From: Phoronis australis
Lineage: Eukaryota > Animalia > Phoronida
Assembly: GCA_002633005.1 (NCBI GenBank)
Contig: NMRA01000169.1
Location: 323,159 to 385,367, forward strand
DNA length: 62,209 bases
Direction of reading: 5' to 3'
The notes beneath the pieces were generated by a model. The model was not told where the DNA came from and did no database searches. It saw only the letters and a list, made by a program, of their open reading frames with translations. Positions 25,601 to 38,781 of the stretch are shown piece by piece. The number at the start of each line of letters is the position of its first letter. Position 1 is the stretch's first letter. Made by a program: the position numbers and the translations under genes.

Positions 25601-28600
25601 ACGGTTATTTGGTAAGCCGACATTCGTCAGGCACTGTCGATGTCTGTAAGCCACAGACAAGAAGATGTTTCACGGCCTCATACTTGCTATTTACGGCATA
25701 CATTTCATTCTTCACTACCATGAGCCACTTTCTGAGCGTTTCGGACTCTCGAGAAAGTAAAAAAAAAACGATATACCCGCTTTCCTCGCAGCTGCTTAGT
25801 TCGGACAAGCGGGAACGATGCACCGCAACATAGCGGCATTCACTCTGCATATGAACCACTGACGTTGCTAGCGTCGTTTCTCACCTTCCTCACAGGTTAA
25901 CGCGACACCTGTTGGCAAGGTAAGGTCGACCGTATGCGAGGCGATGTGGATATAGACCTATTAAGACGGCAAAAAAGACTAATTAAATCGGGAGGCATTC
26001 TCCTTTAATGCAACGGGTTAGCGCTCTTTATTTTATGACGTAACCCAGGATCTAACCGAATTTCAGTAATTGTTTCAACGCAGATTCATCGCTGCGAGCG
26101 TGATTTTCTGTTTGAAGTTTGCTATTTCGGATCTTCCTTAATTAGTTTAATCGTGGTAGCTTGTAACGATACAAGACTTAGTTTTCACTATAAACTGGGT
26201 CTGTATCAATCATTTGTTGTTTTAAAACAGTTTTTCACCGCTGCATCTGTCAAAAAGTGTTTAAAAGACTGAAATCTTTCTCACAGTCGTCGATTTACTA
26301 TCCACAGCTTTCATCACGTATGCCAATGAAACTGATTTTGTAAGAGCTTCCTTACTTGTTCCTTGTGGGTTGGCGGAGGTAATAGGTAAAAACAGGCTTT
26401 TGTGTTATTTACGTTTTTTTAAAAGCGTTGTTAAAACAACTTATCAACCTGAGCACATCTGCCAATCGTTCTAGTGCTGCGCTACATTGGGAACGACAAA
26501 TTCGTGCAGTTATGACAAGCTAACTGAGATAGGTCCCGTATGCAACAAACATGGGGTATGGTTACACATCGATGCGGCGTACGCGGGGTCGGCGTTTATA
26601 TGCCCGGAGTTTAGACATCTTCTAGACGGAGTTGAGGTAGGCATGCGGCAAAATTTCAAAATATTTTTCTGTTGTTTAAACCATCTTTGAATCCATAAAT
26701 TCCCCTTTTTCAAATCTTTGAAAGATCACATAATCGTATTACGTGCTTAACAATATAATGGAGTCCTGAACATGTTCTTTTATAACATAGACCTGTATGT
26801 TTATAATTTGTTATTTCCATAACACTGACATTTATACGTGAAATCGTTGTGGAAGACCGTTTAAAACGCCTTTTTCACCAGATTAAACCTTGAACACATT
26901 TCGGTGTACTTTTAACAATCTCTTTCATAATTCCAGTTCGCCGATTCCTTCAATTTCAACCCTCACAAATGGCTAATGGTCACGTTTGACTGTTCAGCTA
27001 TGTGGTAAGTTATGAGGAATCAGCTTAAGCTTGCAAGCGGTCTATTTCAGTATACAAGCCAAGGCTACTTTGATATTGCGCAATGTCAGGGTGGCTAAAC
27101 TTCCTGCCGTAAGGTTCACAGTATTGTGAACAACGGGCTTTTTTCAGTAATATACGTCCATTTTCACGAGATGCGTTTGTTTTCACATATGCAGCAATGT
27201 TGTTATGCGCCCACATATTTATGTGTGGGTGCATATTGCCGTCATCTCGTCCGCGTCCGGCGTCTGTCGTCCGGTATCCGGCCTCCCCAGTTGTATCTCC
27301 GAAACCCCTCACAGGATCTTGATGAAATTGAGAAGTGTGTTTTATGTAGCTGACGACTGATGACGGCGAATTTCGGACCTCTCCGACTACCGGTGTGCTC
27401 CTTAGTGGCAATTTTAGTTTTTTACGCTTATCTCTGTAGGCCTACAAGTACCTTTGCAGGCCCTCAATGGATTTTCATGAAATTTGGCAGTTAGGCATCA
27501 TTTAGTTAGATGACGCTATCCTCCCGATTTCGGATGGATTCAAGGTACATTGCACCACCTGGTGGCTATTTTTAGTGTCTTTGAATCTGTTTTTTGGCGT
27601 CCGCTCTTCTATCAACCAAGCCGCTATGGGGATAATTGTGAAAATTGACATATATACTCTAACTGTGAAGAGGGCGGCAGACGATGATTTTACGACTTCG
27701 ACAACTGTGGCTTCTCCTAGTGGCAGTTTTGTTTTCGCGCCCATGGTTGTATCTTCTAAACGCTGTACAGGGTCTTTATTAAATTTTGCTATTTTATTTA
27801 TACGAAGTTAAGAGCGAACGACGACGATTTTCGGACAGATCGGACTACCGGTGTGTCCCCAGTGACAATTTCATTTTTTTACGTGTACCGCTGTGTCTTC
27901 AAAGGTCCTCAACGCATTTTCATAAAATTTGGCAGATAGACATCTATGAATGAGGTGACGCTATCTTACGGTTTTGGGTTTGATTCGAAGTATTTTGCGA
28001 CACTTAGTGGCCATTTTTAATGTTTTCGAGTCCGCTTTTGGCGTCTACTCCGCTGTCAACCAAACCACCCTAAGGATGAATGTGGAAATTGGCATGTTTG
28101 TTCCTAATGTGAAGAGGAGGACTCGCGATGATTTTCCAACGACCTCGACTACTGTGGCAATTTTTTTACCCCGATGGCTGTATCTACTAAACCCTCTGCA
28201 GGATCTTTATTAAATTCAGCAACTGTATTTATATGAAGTTGACAATCGACAACGACAACTCAGACAAATTTGACAACCACTGTGTCCCTAGTGGAAATTT
28301 CATTTTTTGTATTTTTCTCTGTTTCTTTGAAGCTGCTACTTGGATTGTTATGAAATTAGATAACTAGCTTCCTATTGAAATGGTAACATACTCCTGTTTT
28401 CGGATGAATTCGTCATATTTTGCCCCATCTATTTGCCATTTTGACTGTTTTCTAGTCTGTTTTTGGCATCCGCTTCTCTGTCAACCAAACCACTCTAAGG
28501 ATGATTGTTAACTTTGGCATATGTGTTCTTAGTGTGAAAAAGACGGTTGAGGATAATTTTCCGACGACTTCATCTACTGTGGCGCCTACTAGTGGCAGTT

Positions 28601-30430
28601 ATGTTTTGTTTCGTGATCATAACTTCCAAGTGGCAATTTCGGTATTTCCGTTTTACTCTACTTCTCAGATGTAAAATGAAATTTGGTGAACAGCTTTGAT
28701 GACATGTAACAGTTTTCGAATTCCACGTATTTTGCACCATCTAGTGGCCGTTTTATAAACACCCTCAGATGCACAACGTTTGCGGTGCATTCTTGGGCTC
28801 ATTTCAACGATACTCGTTGCTCTTGTTTATACAAAAGGCTATCCTTAATTTACCCACAAACCATGTACGTAAGAAGTTGTGATGTACAGAATGGTTAAAT
28901 ATGTTACACAACCTTCGTGTTTTCCCCCTTTCATATGTGAAAAGAACTGCAATTTATGAGCACGGGACGGAATTCATACCTATTGCGGTTGGGTGAGTAA
29001 GGAACCACAGCTCGTAAGAAAAGAGTCGCGTTAATGAGAAAAGAACACTGTCGGTGGGAACACACCATCCTCGCCGTGATGGAGAACGTTTGTCTACCCT
29101 GAATATAAGTACTTGCACGTGTGCGAAAACTGTGACCCACGATAAACGTTCAGTAACGTTAGAGCCTAGCTAAAATCTAACCTCTTATTCAAAATACTGC
29201 TTTATCTCAAGTAATCTCGCGAAGTCTTGCTTTTTGCAAGGTCCTAGCGTTACTGAAAGGGAGGCTGGTTTCGTGATTTCTATGGGAAATAAACGCAGCT
29301 TTCAAAGGGGTCATTTTGCGACAAGTTACTGTGAGCCCCCTCCCTTGTGTAATGTCAACGGTAGCGTTGATTATTGACAGAGCATTCAAATGAATCCACA
29401 TACCACTTCAGTCAACTCAGCTGGGCTATATTTTAAATTGAAATGAAACCGAATTCATAAGATATAGCTTCATTTAGTCGAGAAACCTAGTGCCTACGTA
29501 ATGGCGCAACTCAATTCCGGACCATTTAAAAAATGCACTTGCACTCACCAACATGCACTTTTGCGCCAGCTTGACATATGATTTTATCATTGTAGTAAAA
29601 CAATTTAACAACAAAATACTTTAAGAACAATTTTGTTGATATCGTTAGTGAAGCGTTTCTACTAATTTAGCTTTTGGGACTGGCGATAAAGTTGAGGGAA
29701 GCAAACTTATTCTATGAACCATTTGATCTTGTTGCAGGGTTAAAGATAGCGGATGGTTGGTTGATTCTTTTAAGATGGACCCTCTGTATCTAAAACACGC
29801 CCACCAAGACAGTGCGTTAGATTATAGGGTAAGTCATGACTGAAAATGTCAGTTTATAGGTAACTGACTAATGTCGTTACCAAATGTCAAATTTCTTCAA
29901 ACAACTTTTAAGTTGTTAAAACAACATACGTGGTGACCATTAAAACAGAATTTTTATGAACGTTTTAACCTACGGCGACATCCATGAAAACACTAACAAA
30001 TCACCATCACGTAGCTATACAAGTTCCAGGTCTGTTTTTGTGCATGAATAATTTTAAAAAATCTATGTGCATTGTTACAACGGTAGGCCTACTGTATCGA
30101 AGAAATCTTCAAAGTTGTTAATCTTGCGAGTTACACGTGTCTGAATTCCAGAGTAAACACACTGCAGTGGTGAATTAGAGATAATAAAATACATTTGACT
30201 TTTTCGAGTCTTTTACGTTTTGGATCTCTACAACATCAACGTTTTTCCTTCACTTACCAGTTTAAAGCTTTTTGAGTCTGGGGTCATCTTTTTCAGCATT
30301 GGCAAATACCGCTGGGAAGGCGATTTCGATCACTGAAGCTCTGGTTTGTACTGCGTTCTTACGGCATAAAAGGACTTCAAGAAATAATTAGAAAGGTAAA
30401 AATACATAGAATATATTATTCAAAACTATG

Positions 30431-30502
<72 letters not shown>

Positions 30503-33500
30503 GCATACATGTAAATGTATGTGCTCGTGCGTGCATGCATTTCTGTATAGGTATATTACTATTATTGGCGGAGAAACTGTATTGGGGTGAAAAAGTTTGT
30601 ATTTCGTCTGTGTTATGAAAATAGTGAATCTCAGGAATTTCTCTCTAAATTCTTGCAATATTCAAAGTGAATAACTATCACGTTAGCATCCTCAAGAAGT
30701 AGATTCGCCACCATCTGTTCAAAAGGTATTCGTGTTCCATGCATCTTTAAGACCTAAGACGAAATTTTTGAAGAAACCGTTTCATGAACACAAAGTCGGG
30801 CTTCGGTCTTCACGTAGACGGAACTTAAGTCGTTATTTTGCATAGGTGAAAATACAAACTAGCTTTTGTCAGTCACGCGAATTCACAAAACTAAGCGAGG
30901 TGGTGTGTGAAATACGGTTTAAAGAATAGTCTTGGCCTTTAAACCCTAACTTGGGATACAGTTTGGATCTAGTTTGTTTGAGAAGACTCTGGTATGACTG
31001 AAAAATAGCATTTCACATATGCCGGTAAGCCGGACTGTATTTTTTCTCCGGTCACGAATCGAAAGCAAACTATATTCAATTTCACATTGTTTTGGGACTT
31101 AAGGTTGTGAAAAATATCACTTGAGAAATTTGTTGGTCAACAGTTTACAGGAAAAATAGTAGTAAATTATGGTTTAGATCAATCGTAAGCCAACTCCGTA
31201 GCAGGTTAATTTTCGATATCGGTCTTAATTTTGATCTTAAGAAATTCCATAAAACGGGGCCGAGACATTTCGGTCTTTTGTTGGCCGGATTTCGGTTAAA
31301 GTTAAGACAGAAAAAGTTTCATGAAATTTGTTAAGGCCAAAGTTAAGACCAAAAGTTAGCCTGCTGATTGAACTTTTGCTCCAAATGAGCAAAATTTTCC
31401 TTTATCATCACTGTTAACTGTTGAACAAATTTCGTTGATATTTTTCACAATTAGAGTTCCTAAATGATGTAAACAAATCCCTATTTAGAGTTACAAGACC
31501 AAGATTTGTTTATCACGCACCGCTTCGCTTAGTTTTGTGAATTCGCAGCATTTGGTGAAAGCGTAGTATTTATGCTCGCCTACGTAAAAATCGACTTATT
31601 TCTGTCTTAAATTAAGACCGAAAATTAGAATCTAACTAAGTGTTCATAGAACGGCCTTTTTGTAATTTTCATTTTCGGTTTTAACTTAGCCAGAAAACCG
31701 ATCTTACCTTACGACAAATTTTTGGTGTTAAATCTTAGTCGTAAGTCAGTTTTTATTTAGCAGACCAATTGACATTTATAATTGATAAAATATCACCTAT
31801 CAACGTGTATTGTCGTAACTATCTTTAACTTCTTCTGAGTGGTTGAATTAGACGGTTTCGATTTACACCCGCTGTAAACAATTACCTCTCTCCGCAGGAC
31901 GTCGCTCTTGCCCATGAATTTGAGGAGTTTGTGAAGAAAGACAGTAGGTTCGAGGTAGTCGGCGAAGTTACCATGGGATTGGTCTGTTTCAGACTTAAGG
32001 TAGGTTAGATATGTTACTTTGAATAGGAAATTGATTACACAAACATTCGTTTGAGATCAGATATAGCATGTTTCTAACACATCTAGGAGCTGACATGGCC
32101 AGGTTTGGAGGAACATGCTTATTGATATGCGCTATCGTAAAGTTTGGGAGATCTCGTTTACTCACTAGTGTTTTCCCAAGTACTCCCAGCCAGTGCATTA
32201 CATCTTTGGACAATGATTCGCTAACTAATTGATGGGAGGTAAACCGGTAAAACAGTCGGATATAATGTGCCCGCATTTTGAGAACCATTTTCATGCCATG
32301 CAGTTTCAAACTCGAAACATGGCCTGTCGTATGCACGCACTTGCATTAATTTTTTGTGCTAATGGGAGGATTCATAATCTCCAGCTTACACAATGAAGTG
32401 AGGTGCATGGAATATCGTTTCAAGCAAAGTCGCTAATGTTGGCTCTGTTTTGTATCTGTTCAAACTGAGCCACTTTCCTCCAATGAACACGTCAAAGAGT
32501 ACGCGGATTTCCGCTTTTTTGAAATGTGCTTTCCGCTTTTTTTATAATATTTCCGCGTAAAAAAATCGGATTTGATATGAAATTTCCGCGGCAAATTCCT
32601 TTCTTACCGCGGCGTTGCAGACGACGTTCACCTCGGAAAGCGGAAGTCTTTATGTTTCCGAGGAACGTAAATTGTCAACATTGCCGGGGCATCTGGGTAA
32701 AGCGTGGTGTGATTTTCAATGGCGGCTCGTGTTATTGTTAAGCGCGGCGACAAATACTACCGCTCTGCAGCCAAATTTGTGTGGGTTGGGAGTGGACGGG
32801 CGAGCGAAAAGGACGCAGACGCATGCTACTGATGGTGGTAACGTTTTTTTTTATTTTTATTTATTTATTTTTTTTTAGTCCTCCCGATTTTTGTCGCGGA
32901 CCAATTCAAAGGCTGGTTATCGGGCATGATTTGGGCCGTAAAAGTTTCCGCGTTATTTGTCATTGGTCATTCCAAGCCCTGTTTAAAGCGTTCTGCCTTA
33001 CCGCAACAAAATTGGTTCGAGAATTGATTTATAAGTTTGTAAAGAACTGAAAGTTCGTTAAACTGGCACGCCGTGACATGCCAGCTTCTTAAACTTGTTT
33101 TCAAACCACAGCATACGAGCTAACAGCTCTTTCTAAGCCCTGAGATCATTTTCAATTAGACTAAGGAACAATTCATAAAGATGAGTGATCAAAATAAAAA
33201 GCTGTTTTTGTGACCGAAGGCGGATTTATAGTTGCTTTAAAGAGGAAGAATCAAGTTCATACATCTCTTCATATCGTTTGTTTTCATAATCTTTATGTGT
33301 ACATTTTAAAGTAGTGCTTATATACACTTGTATATTAAATTGCGATCACCTATGATCGTCTGGTACCTGCGGCAGAAACAAAATTCCATCGCACGTAGCT
33401 GCGAAACTTACGACTTTACCGCAAGAAGCCCAGAACTGAAAGGCTGTTGACGGAAGTATTGCGTGGGTGCATTAACTCATGACCCTTTTATTTCCAGGGT

Positions 33501-33698
33501 AGTAATACCATTAACGAAGAACTGAACAGGCTAGTGAACGAAGATGGACGAATTCACTTTGTGCCTTCAAAAATAAGGGATACGTATTTTCTCAGATTTG
33601 CTGTATGCGCCACAAGGACTTTGTCGAGAGATGTCGCTTTCGCCTGGTCAGTGATAGTGGAGATCGCAGAAAATCTTATAAAGAATAACAATGCGTAG
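19456..33698 (+). CDS. DDC: Aromatic L-amino-acid (DOPA) decarboxylase, PLP-dependent group II; 11 coding exons, 1440 nt, 479 aa
   Basis: join(19456-19656,20308-20421,21909-22031,22330-22464,23718-23861,26475-26636,26937-27004,29738-29828,30297-30395,31898-31999,33498-33698). All introns GT-AG with an uninterrupted frame. Motifs [43 protein letters not shown] (PLP Lys304), [24 protein letters not shown] and IPLG fit DDC rather than HDC or TDC. Confidence 0.96.
20308..20421 (+). CDS. DDC: DDC coding exon 2
   Basis: cag|[38 protein letters not shown]|gtaac; 114 nt. Confidence 0.96.
21909..22031 (+). CDS. DDC: DDC coding exon 3
   Basis: tag|[41 protein letters not shown]|gtact; 123 nt. Confidence 0.96.
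22330..22464 (+). CDS. DDC: DDC coding exon 4
   Basis: cag|[17 protein letters not shown]...[10 protein letters not shown]|gtacc; 135 nt. Confidence 0.95.
23718..23861 (+). CDS. DDC: DDC coding exon 5
   Basis: tag|[12 protein letters not shown]...[11 protein letters not shown]|gtgagt; 144 nt. Confidence 0.96.
24388..26004. mobile_element. Internally deleted Kolobok-like DNA transposon in DDC intron 5
   Basis: TTAA on both flanks; TIRs AGGAGCATGCCACCC / GGGAGGCATTCTCCT; decayed THAP-like peptide on - (about 25620-25859); inverted second copy at 58727-60340. Confidence 0.85.
26475..26636 (+). CDS. DDC: DDC coding exon 6
   Basis: tag|[14 protein letters not shown]...[26 protein letters not shown]|gtagg; 162 nt. 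Confidence 0.96.
26937..27004 (+). CDS. DDC: DDC coding exon 7 (PLP lysine)
   Basis: cag|[22 protein letters not shown](W)|gtaagt; 68 nt. Confidence 0.96.
27203..28750 (-). mobile_element. Inverted member of the tandem-repeat/hairpin (Helentron-like) family, in DDC intron 7
   Basis: Hairpin atgcgcccacatatttatgtgtgggtgcat at 27205-27234, GTCC-type microsatellite, repeated ctagtggc motifs; short end fragment of the same family at about 21779-21830. Confidence 0.65.
29738..29828 (+). CDS. DDC: DDC coding exon 8 (mobile loop)
   Basis: cag|(W)[30 protein letters not shown]|gtaagt; 91 nt. Confidence 0.96.
30297..30395 (+). CDS. DDC: DDC coding exon 9
   Basis: cag|[33 protein letters not shown]|gtaaa; 99 nt. 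Confidence 0.96.
30434..30495. repeat. (CA)n microsatellite
   Basis: Uninterrupted AC run of about 60 nt. Confidence 0.97.
30774..31656. mobile_element. Decayed MITE with long imperfect inverted ends, in DDC intron 9
   Basis: ccgtttcatgaacac ... gcgaattcacaaaactaagcga mirrored by tcgcttagttttgtgaattcgc ... gtgttcatagaacgg. Confidence 0.65.
31898..31999 (+). CDS. DDC: DDC coding exon 10
   Basis: cag|[34 protein letters not shown]|gtagg; 102 nt. Confidence 0.96.
33498..33698 (+). CDS. DDC: DDC coding exon 11 (terminal)
   Basis: cag|[24 protein letters not shown]...FLRFAVC...IKNNNA TAG; 201 nt. Confidence 0.96.
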   Translation, partial: GSNTINEELNRLVNEDGRIHFVPSKIRDTYFLRFAVCATRTLSRDVAFAWSVIVEIAENLIKNNNA

Positions 33699-35122
33699 CC
33701 CAAGTATAACTGCTGTAACGGCAAACCTTAGTTAGGAAAGCACTGAAGTGTGCCCGTTTGTCTTCGAATTTGTGCATTGTGAATATTATTGGTTGTAAAA
33801 TTGAGAACTGAGGCCGATAAGAATAATTATTTCCGTGCTGATATTTTATCTTCAATGTATGTTTGTGTCTCCGTGTTCATTTCAATCAATCCTTGTTGAT
33901 ACATAACGGCTTTTTATTATATTAGTGTATTCTCGTAAATATCGAGATGTTGCTTCTCACCAAAGCCTAAGGTCTCCATTCTCATGCTCGAAACTTAACC
34001 AATCACGTCGCATTGTTGTAGTTCAAATTTTCAAATTCACTCCACTCAAGCTAGTCATTATATTGGTCAGTCCACATTTTGGGTACAGACTAAAGACCCC
34101 CGCCGGGCCAAAAGACGTAAAATATAAACATCTTGCAAACTAATGTATAGTGCAGAGGCGGATGAAAATTTCGTGGGCTATGAAGCCTGTTCAGCATGGG
34201 CGGCTGCCTGAGTTCCACATGGGACTGCGACATTTTTTCCGTAAAGGTATCCGTTACTTCATCACCGGCACTCCATCCAGTTTTAGAAAACGAGGCTCGT
34301 GCAGTATGGCCGTTTTCTCCTGTAGTGTAGAGTAAAAACAAAAACGTTACGGTCTCTGGTAAAACTCTAGTCATAAGTAGCATGTGCATCAAATCGGATT
34401 TCATCGATTGGTCTACAGTATGTTGTTCTAGCCTGTGCCCTTGGGTTTCATGAGATCGAGGCCGATTTTGACATGTTATGACGAAATCTCTCAGCCCGGT
34501 TGTACTGACGTAGTGGGTTTTACGGTATATATATCGTTGACGTTAGGATTAAAGTCCATGTTCACTTAACCGCCCATCCCCAAATTTAGGTGGATTTTCG
34601 ATTTAAGCACCCGCTACTCGGCTAAGCTCACCTCTGCGATTATGAAGATGTCCAGTTAAACGCCCACCTCTCGGTTAAGCGCCCATCCCCGACTTTTAAA
34701 CATTGAAGATTAAGCGCCCAGTGCTAAGGAAGCGCGCGATTCCCCGACTTTTAGATAAAGTTCGACGACAACAATGAATGCAACGACGGCCTTGGAGAAG
34801 GCAGTTTGGCAATGTGAATTATAATACAACAAGTAAAACATTATTGTCCCGGGTCATGGATTTATTTCAAAATAAAATACTTGAACGTTTTGCCAGTTTA
34901 TTTTCTTCCCATGTTCGCAAAAGTTTACGAGCCTCGCCGTCTTCAATACCTCCACTTTCAGCAATGCTGTCTGCCGCGCAAAGTTTCCGTCTGGAGTACT
35001 ATCCGTAGAAGTTACATCTGTTAAATTGGAGTGTGGTACTTACTAAAAGTCCTTAACCCCTCGGGAGCGTCCAACTCCCATCTTATGGAATGGTGCAATG
35101 ATTAGAATGGCGAAACAGGTGC

Positions 35123-35347
35123 ATGCAGGGACACGAGTTAGATGACGACAGTGTTGGAATTCTGAGTAGGGATAATAATTGGTTCGAAAAAGGTTTCAAG
35201 GAGGCCATCTTTATAAAGGCATTTAATATCCATCACTCAATAGACACGGGAGGTGGTAGGTTTTCTCTGTCTACTTCTTGCGAGTGCACTACGGGAAGCT
35301 CCACTTGCCCAGCCATTTTAGTCATTCAACCATTCCTCAAGAAGTGA
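35123..35347 (+). mobile_element. Penelope-like retroelement fragment (C-terminal to the GIY-YIG domain)
   Basis: HELDDDSVGILSRDNNWFEKGFKEAIFIK...DTGGGRFSLS resembles the IL..E..WFERGVKEAI.I...N.GGR..L pattern. Confidence 0.7.
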
Positions 35348-38300
35348 GACCCATGCTCCAGTGGGGTTAACAACTTTTTAGTAAGTACATTTGTCAGACG
35401 ATTGACTGTGGGTTTCTTTAAAAGGTAGCTATGCTTTGAGATTGTGCGTAGATGGAGAGTGAATATTCAAATCCTGAAATTAATTTATTATATGATAACC
35501 CCTAATTAGACAAATGAAACCTATTGTTAATTAAGTAATCAACTACAAAGAGTAACTACGCTAGCGCCCTCTTTAAAAATTACTTTAATCAAACAACCAA
35601 AACGATCAAATGTCTTATCTGCTATCCAAGCTAGGACTCTCCACTTGTTGGATGTCTGTCATGTTGGTGAATCTTCGAACTACACACACTGTATAGCGAC
35701 AGTGTACTTGCTGGTCACCGTCTCTGGTGATTCAACACTTGCAGTCAATTTCTTCTACCCGCGATTCTTCTTGCTGGTCACAGTCTCCGGCTGATGACGC
35801 AACACTTCAGGTAGTATCTTACTACCCACAATGCAAGTGACAAGCTCTTAGTTAACTTCCTGTTCGTTAACCCTTGCCCTTGCCAAGATCCTTTCTAGAA
35901 TCTTCCACGAGATGGCTCTGTCGTACAATTGCTTCTGTACACTGTAGCAAGTCTTTATGCTTCAACTACTCTAATTATCTTGTTGGCACATAATATAACA
36001 TTCTACTTACTTTGTGATTGGCTAATAAAAACCACATGATCATATCCACTCATATTATTGGCTGTTAGGCCTACAATTTGTTCTCAGAATATTCTAGAAT
36101 CTCTAGAGTACTTTGACCCCAGAACCCAAAGTTGTAAACACCATCTAAAAATAGATTTCGACGTTAAAATACATGTCAACAAGTCTGACCCCATGAAGTT
36201 TAAAAGTACATATCCATAAATTTTGGGCAACTTAAAATGGATCTATTCTTACTAATTACTTAATCAATATTTATTCTGACAACATTCTAGCTCAGAACAG
36301 ATCCAATTTTTTTATTATGAACTTCACTGAATGGATTAAGATTTACATTTCAAGATGAATATGTTGTATTGATTACTCAAACTGTTTTGATAAGGACTGG
36401 GTTCAGGTGCCCGATTAGACACGTAATCTATCTGCAAATATAACTATTTACGGTCTGGAGCCCGATATACGATCAGAGAAGTGCTAAATACTAACGTTTT
36501 CAACGTTACATGTAAGTTTGATTTCCATATAAATACAGCCTCATTGCCCAGGACAGAAGCTTTAAAGATGTATTTGCATGCTCCTAACTATGCTATTGTA
36601 TAGCAGGAACTAAACGACAATGCTATTTTAACATAATACGCTTAATGAAGTGCAGTTGTATTCACTGACAACTTGTAAATGTGTAAACATAGAATTCTGC
36701 AAATAGGTGATCTTTGCACTAATGCCGTACTCGCGGGCTCAAATAGCCTGCATGATGCAGCACCACGTCACGATACTTACTGGAGATGGTTCAGGGCTTT
36801 GCGACGGATCATTTTCAGTACAAAATTCGTTCTTAAAAACATTTGACCTACTATACATTCATGTCGTTGTGTTTCTAACTAATTTGGCCAAGAAATCACA
36901 GAAGTAAGGAATTAGCCTGAAAGCTTCGACTTTCATCTACTAGTTCTTTCGTACAATGAGATATGTCTATGTAGTCTCACGCAATAAAATTTGGCTCGCG
37001 CCTAAGACAGCCCTGTCACAAAAATGTTATGTAATCGAGTTGTCTTCGACCAACTCAAAGTCTCGAAAGAAGATTACCGGAAATATACGCACTTCTGTTC
37101 CCGTTCATTTTAGCCCGAAGCAGCCGTTTTGGGCAGATTGCTCGACACTTTAATGCATTTGATGATGCTTTGTGAAAATTACACGAAAGATGGAGGAGGC
37201 AGAACAGGCGTGGTGGATGAAGATTTCAACTGAAAAATTGACAATGAAAATGAGTCGCAATGTCTTCATTTGACAAAGACAAGTGAGTGTTTTTTATGAA
37301 TCATTTCTCGTTTGATGTGGCGTGGTTCATTTTCTGAAGTTCACAGATGGATAACTAAAAAAACGAGAGCGCTTGGAGGAGCGACACTTGGCGGAATTAA
37401 TCGAAAAGACGACGATGAGGGGGACGACGACAATCATGACGATCAAGGCGGCAATTATGAATAACACGATAACATTCATGTGACTAGCGAAGAAATCAAA
37501 TAGAGAGCATACAATCAACTACAATAAAAAAACAATAGATGGCGCAACATGGCGGCCCAGTCTACAGTAGGACAATGCTGGCTGGGTCAGTCTGGGTCAA
37601 CTATGCATAACCAAAACAAAGTGAACTGAAAGCCAGCCAGCTGGGTCCTTGCATACATGTAGGTGACCGAATTGGAACAACGGTATCCGAAAATCTCGAA
37701 TAATTCAAAAAGTAGACGTCGTAGCGCAAAATGGAAAATATTTTCTGGAAGCCCGTTCAAAACTCTATCTAAAGTGATAGTTTGGCAAAAATCCAAAAAT
37801 TTTTCAAAAAATTGAAAATCTGCCGGTTTTTTTGAAATTCAAAGTCAAATAACTCGAAAACGTTAAGTCTGAGAAATACGCTCTCGCAGACTTTTTGAAA
37901 GAGCATACTTCATGGAATGCACATGCAAAAATTCATATCATTTGCTCTTCCCGTTAAAAACGCGACCCCAGAACGATTGAAAACGTGTGAGCATGCGCCA
38001 CAGCCGCCATCTTGAAAGTGACTTCCGGTTAAACAAAATTTTATAAAAGCTTATTAAACTCAACAAACACGTGACCAGTTTGAAAGTGATTGGTTTGCAA
38101 ATGCGCCCTCTACAGGAGAAAACGTTTTTGGCCATATTTCGGGGTGCGCGTCTCCATGGAGGACGTGAGGTAATCTGCAGACATTCTAAATCAAGATAGT
38201 CACCTGACAAGGATAACGTGATAAATAAATTATTTTGTCACACGTTATTACAAAAGCACGCTGGGGGAATATTTAAAAAGTCCAAGTACGATTTACTTTA

Positions 38301-38781
38301 CATTCACGTTACCATCGCAGGACACAGCTGCTTACACTTCAGGGTTTGTTTTCACGGAATTCCAGCTAGCAATATCTCATAAAATATACCTTATTCGCTT
38401 ACATTTTTTAAAATGCCGAAAAGAGCGATATATCATTAAACCAATTTTTTGCAATCAACAAGCGAACGTCGAAACTAGAGAACTATGCCTAATCCCAGCT
38501 TGGCTGCAGCCATTTTGATAGGAGGTTTATGGTTTGTTTTCCCTTTTCGTGAAATTGCTGGAAATTGCTGGAAATTAATGTCAGTCCCCATCAAAGTATT
38601 TATACGTAAGTCCGAAACACACCAACATGCTGGCATAGATTCTAACCTTTTTGCCTCTCATAGGGGTTCAGTGGCAGTGGAACATACCCCGATTGTAAAT
38701 GAACTCACCCGAGTGCAACGTACGCAGATAACCTTTTTGGATTTCTTACTGATTCCCGGTGTTAACCTGGGGCTCAAACTG

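Noticed and set aside
19456-33698. Histidine decarboxylase, tyrosine decarboxylase or aldehyde synthase assignment
   Set aside because: NPHKW, IPLG, His193 and Tyr333 fit DDC; there is no long HDC/TDC-type C-terminal extension
34548-34722. Repeated TTAAGCGCCC-like words as a regulatory array
   Set aside because: More simply explained as subterminal repeats of a small MITE
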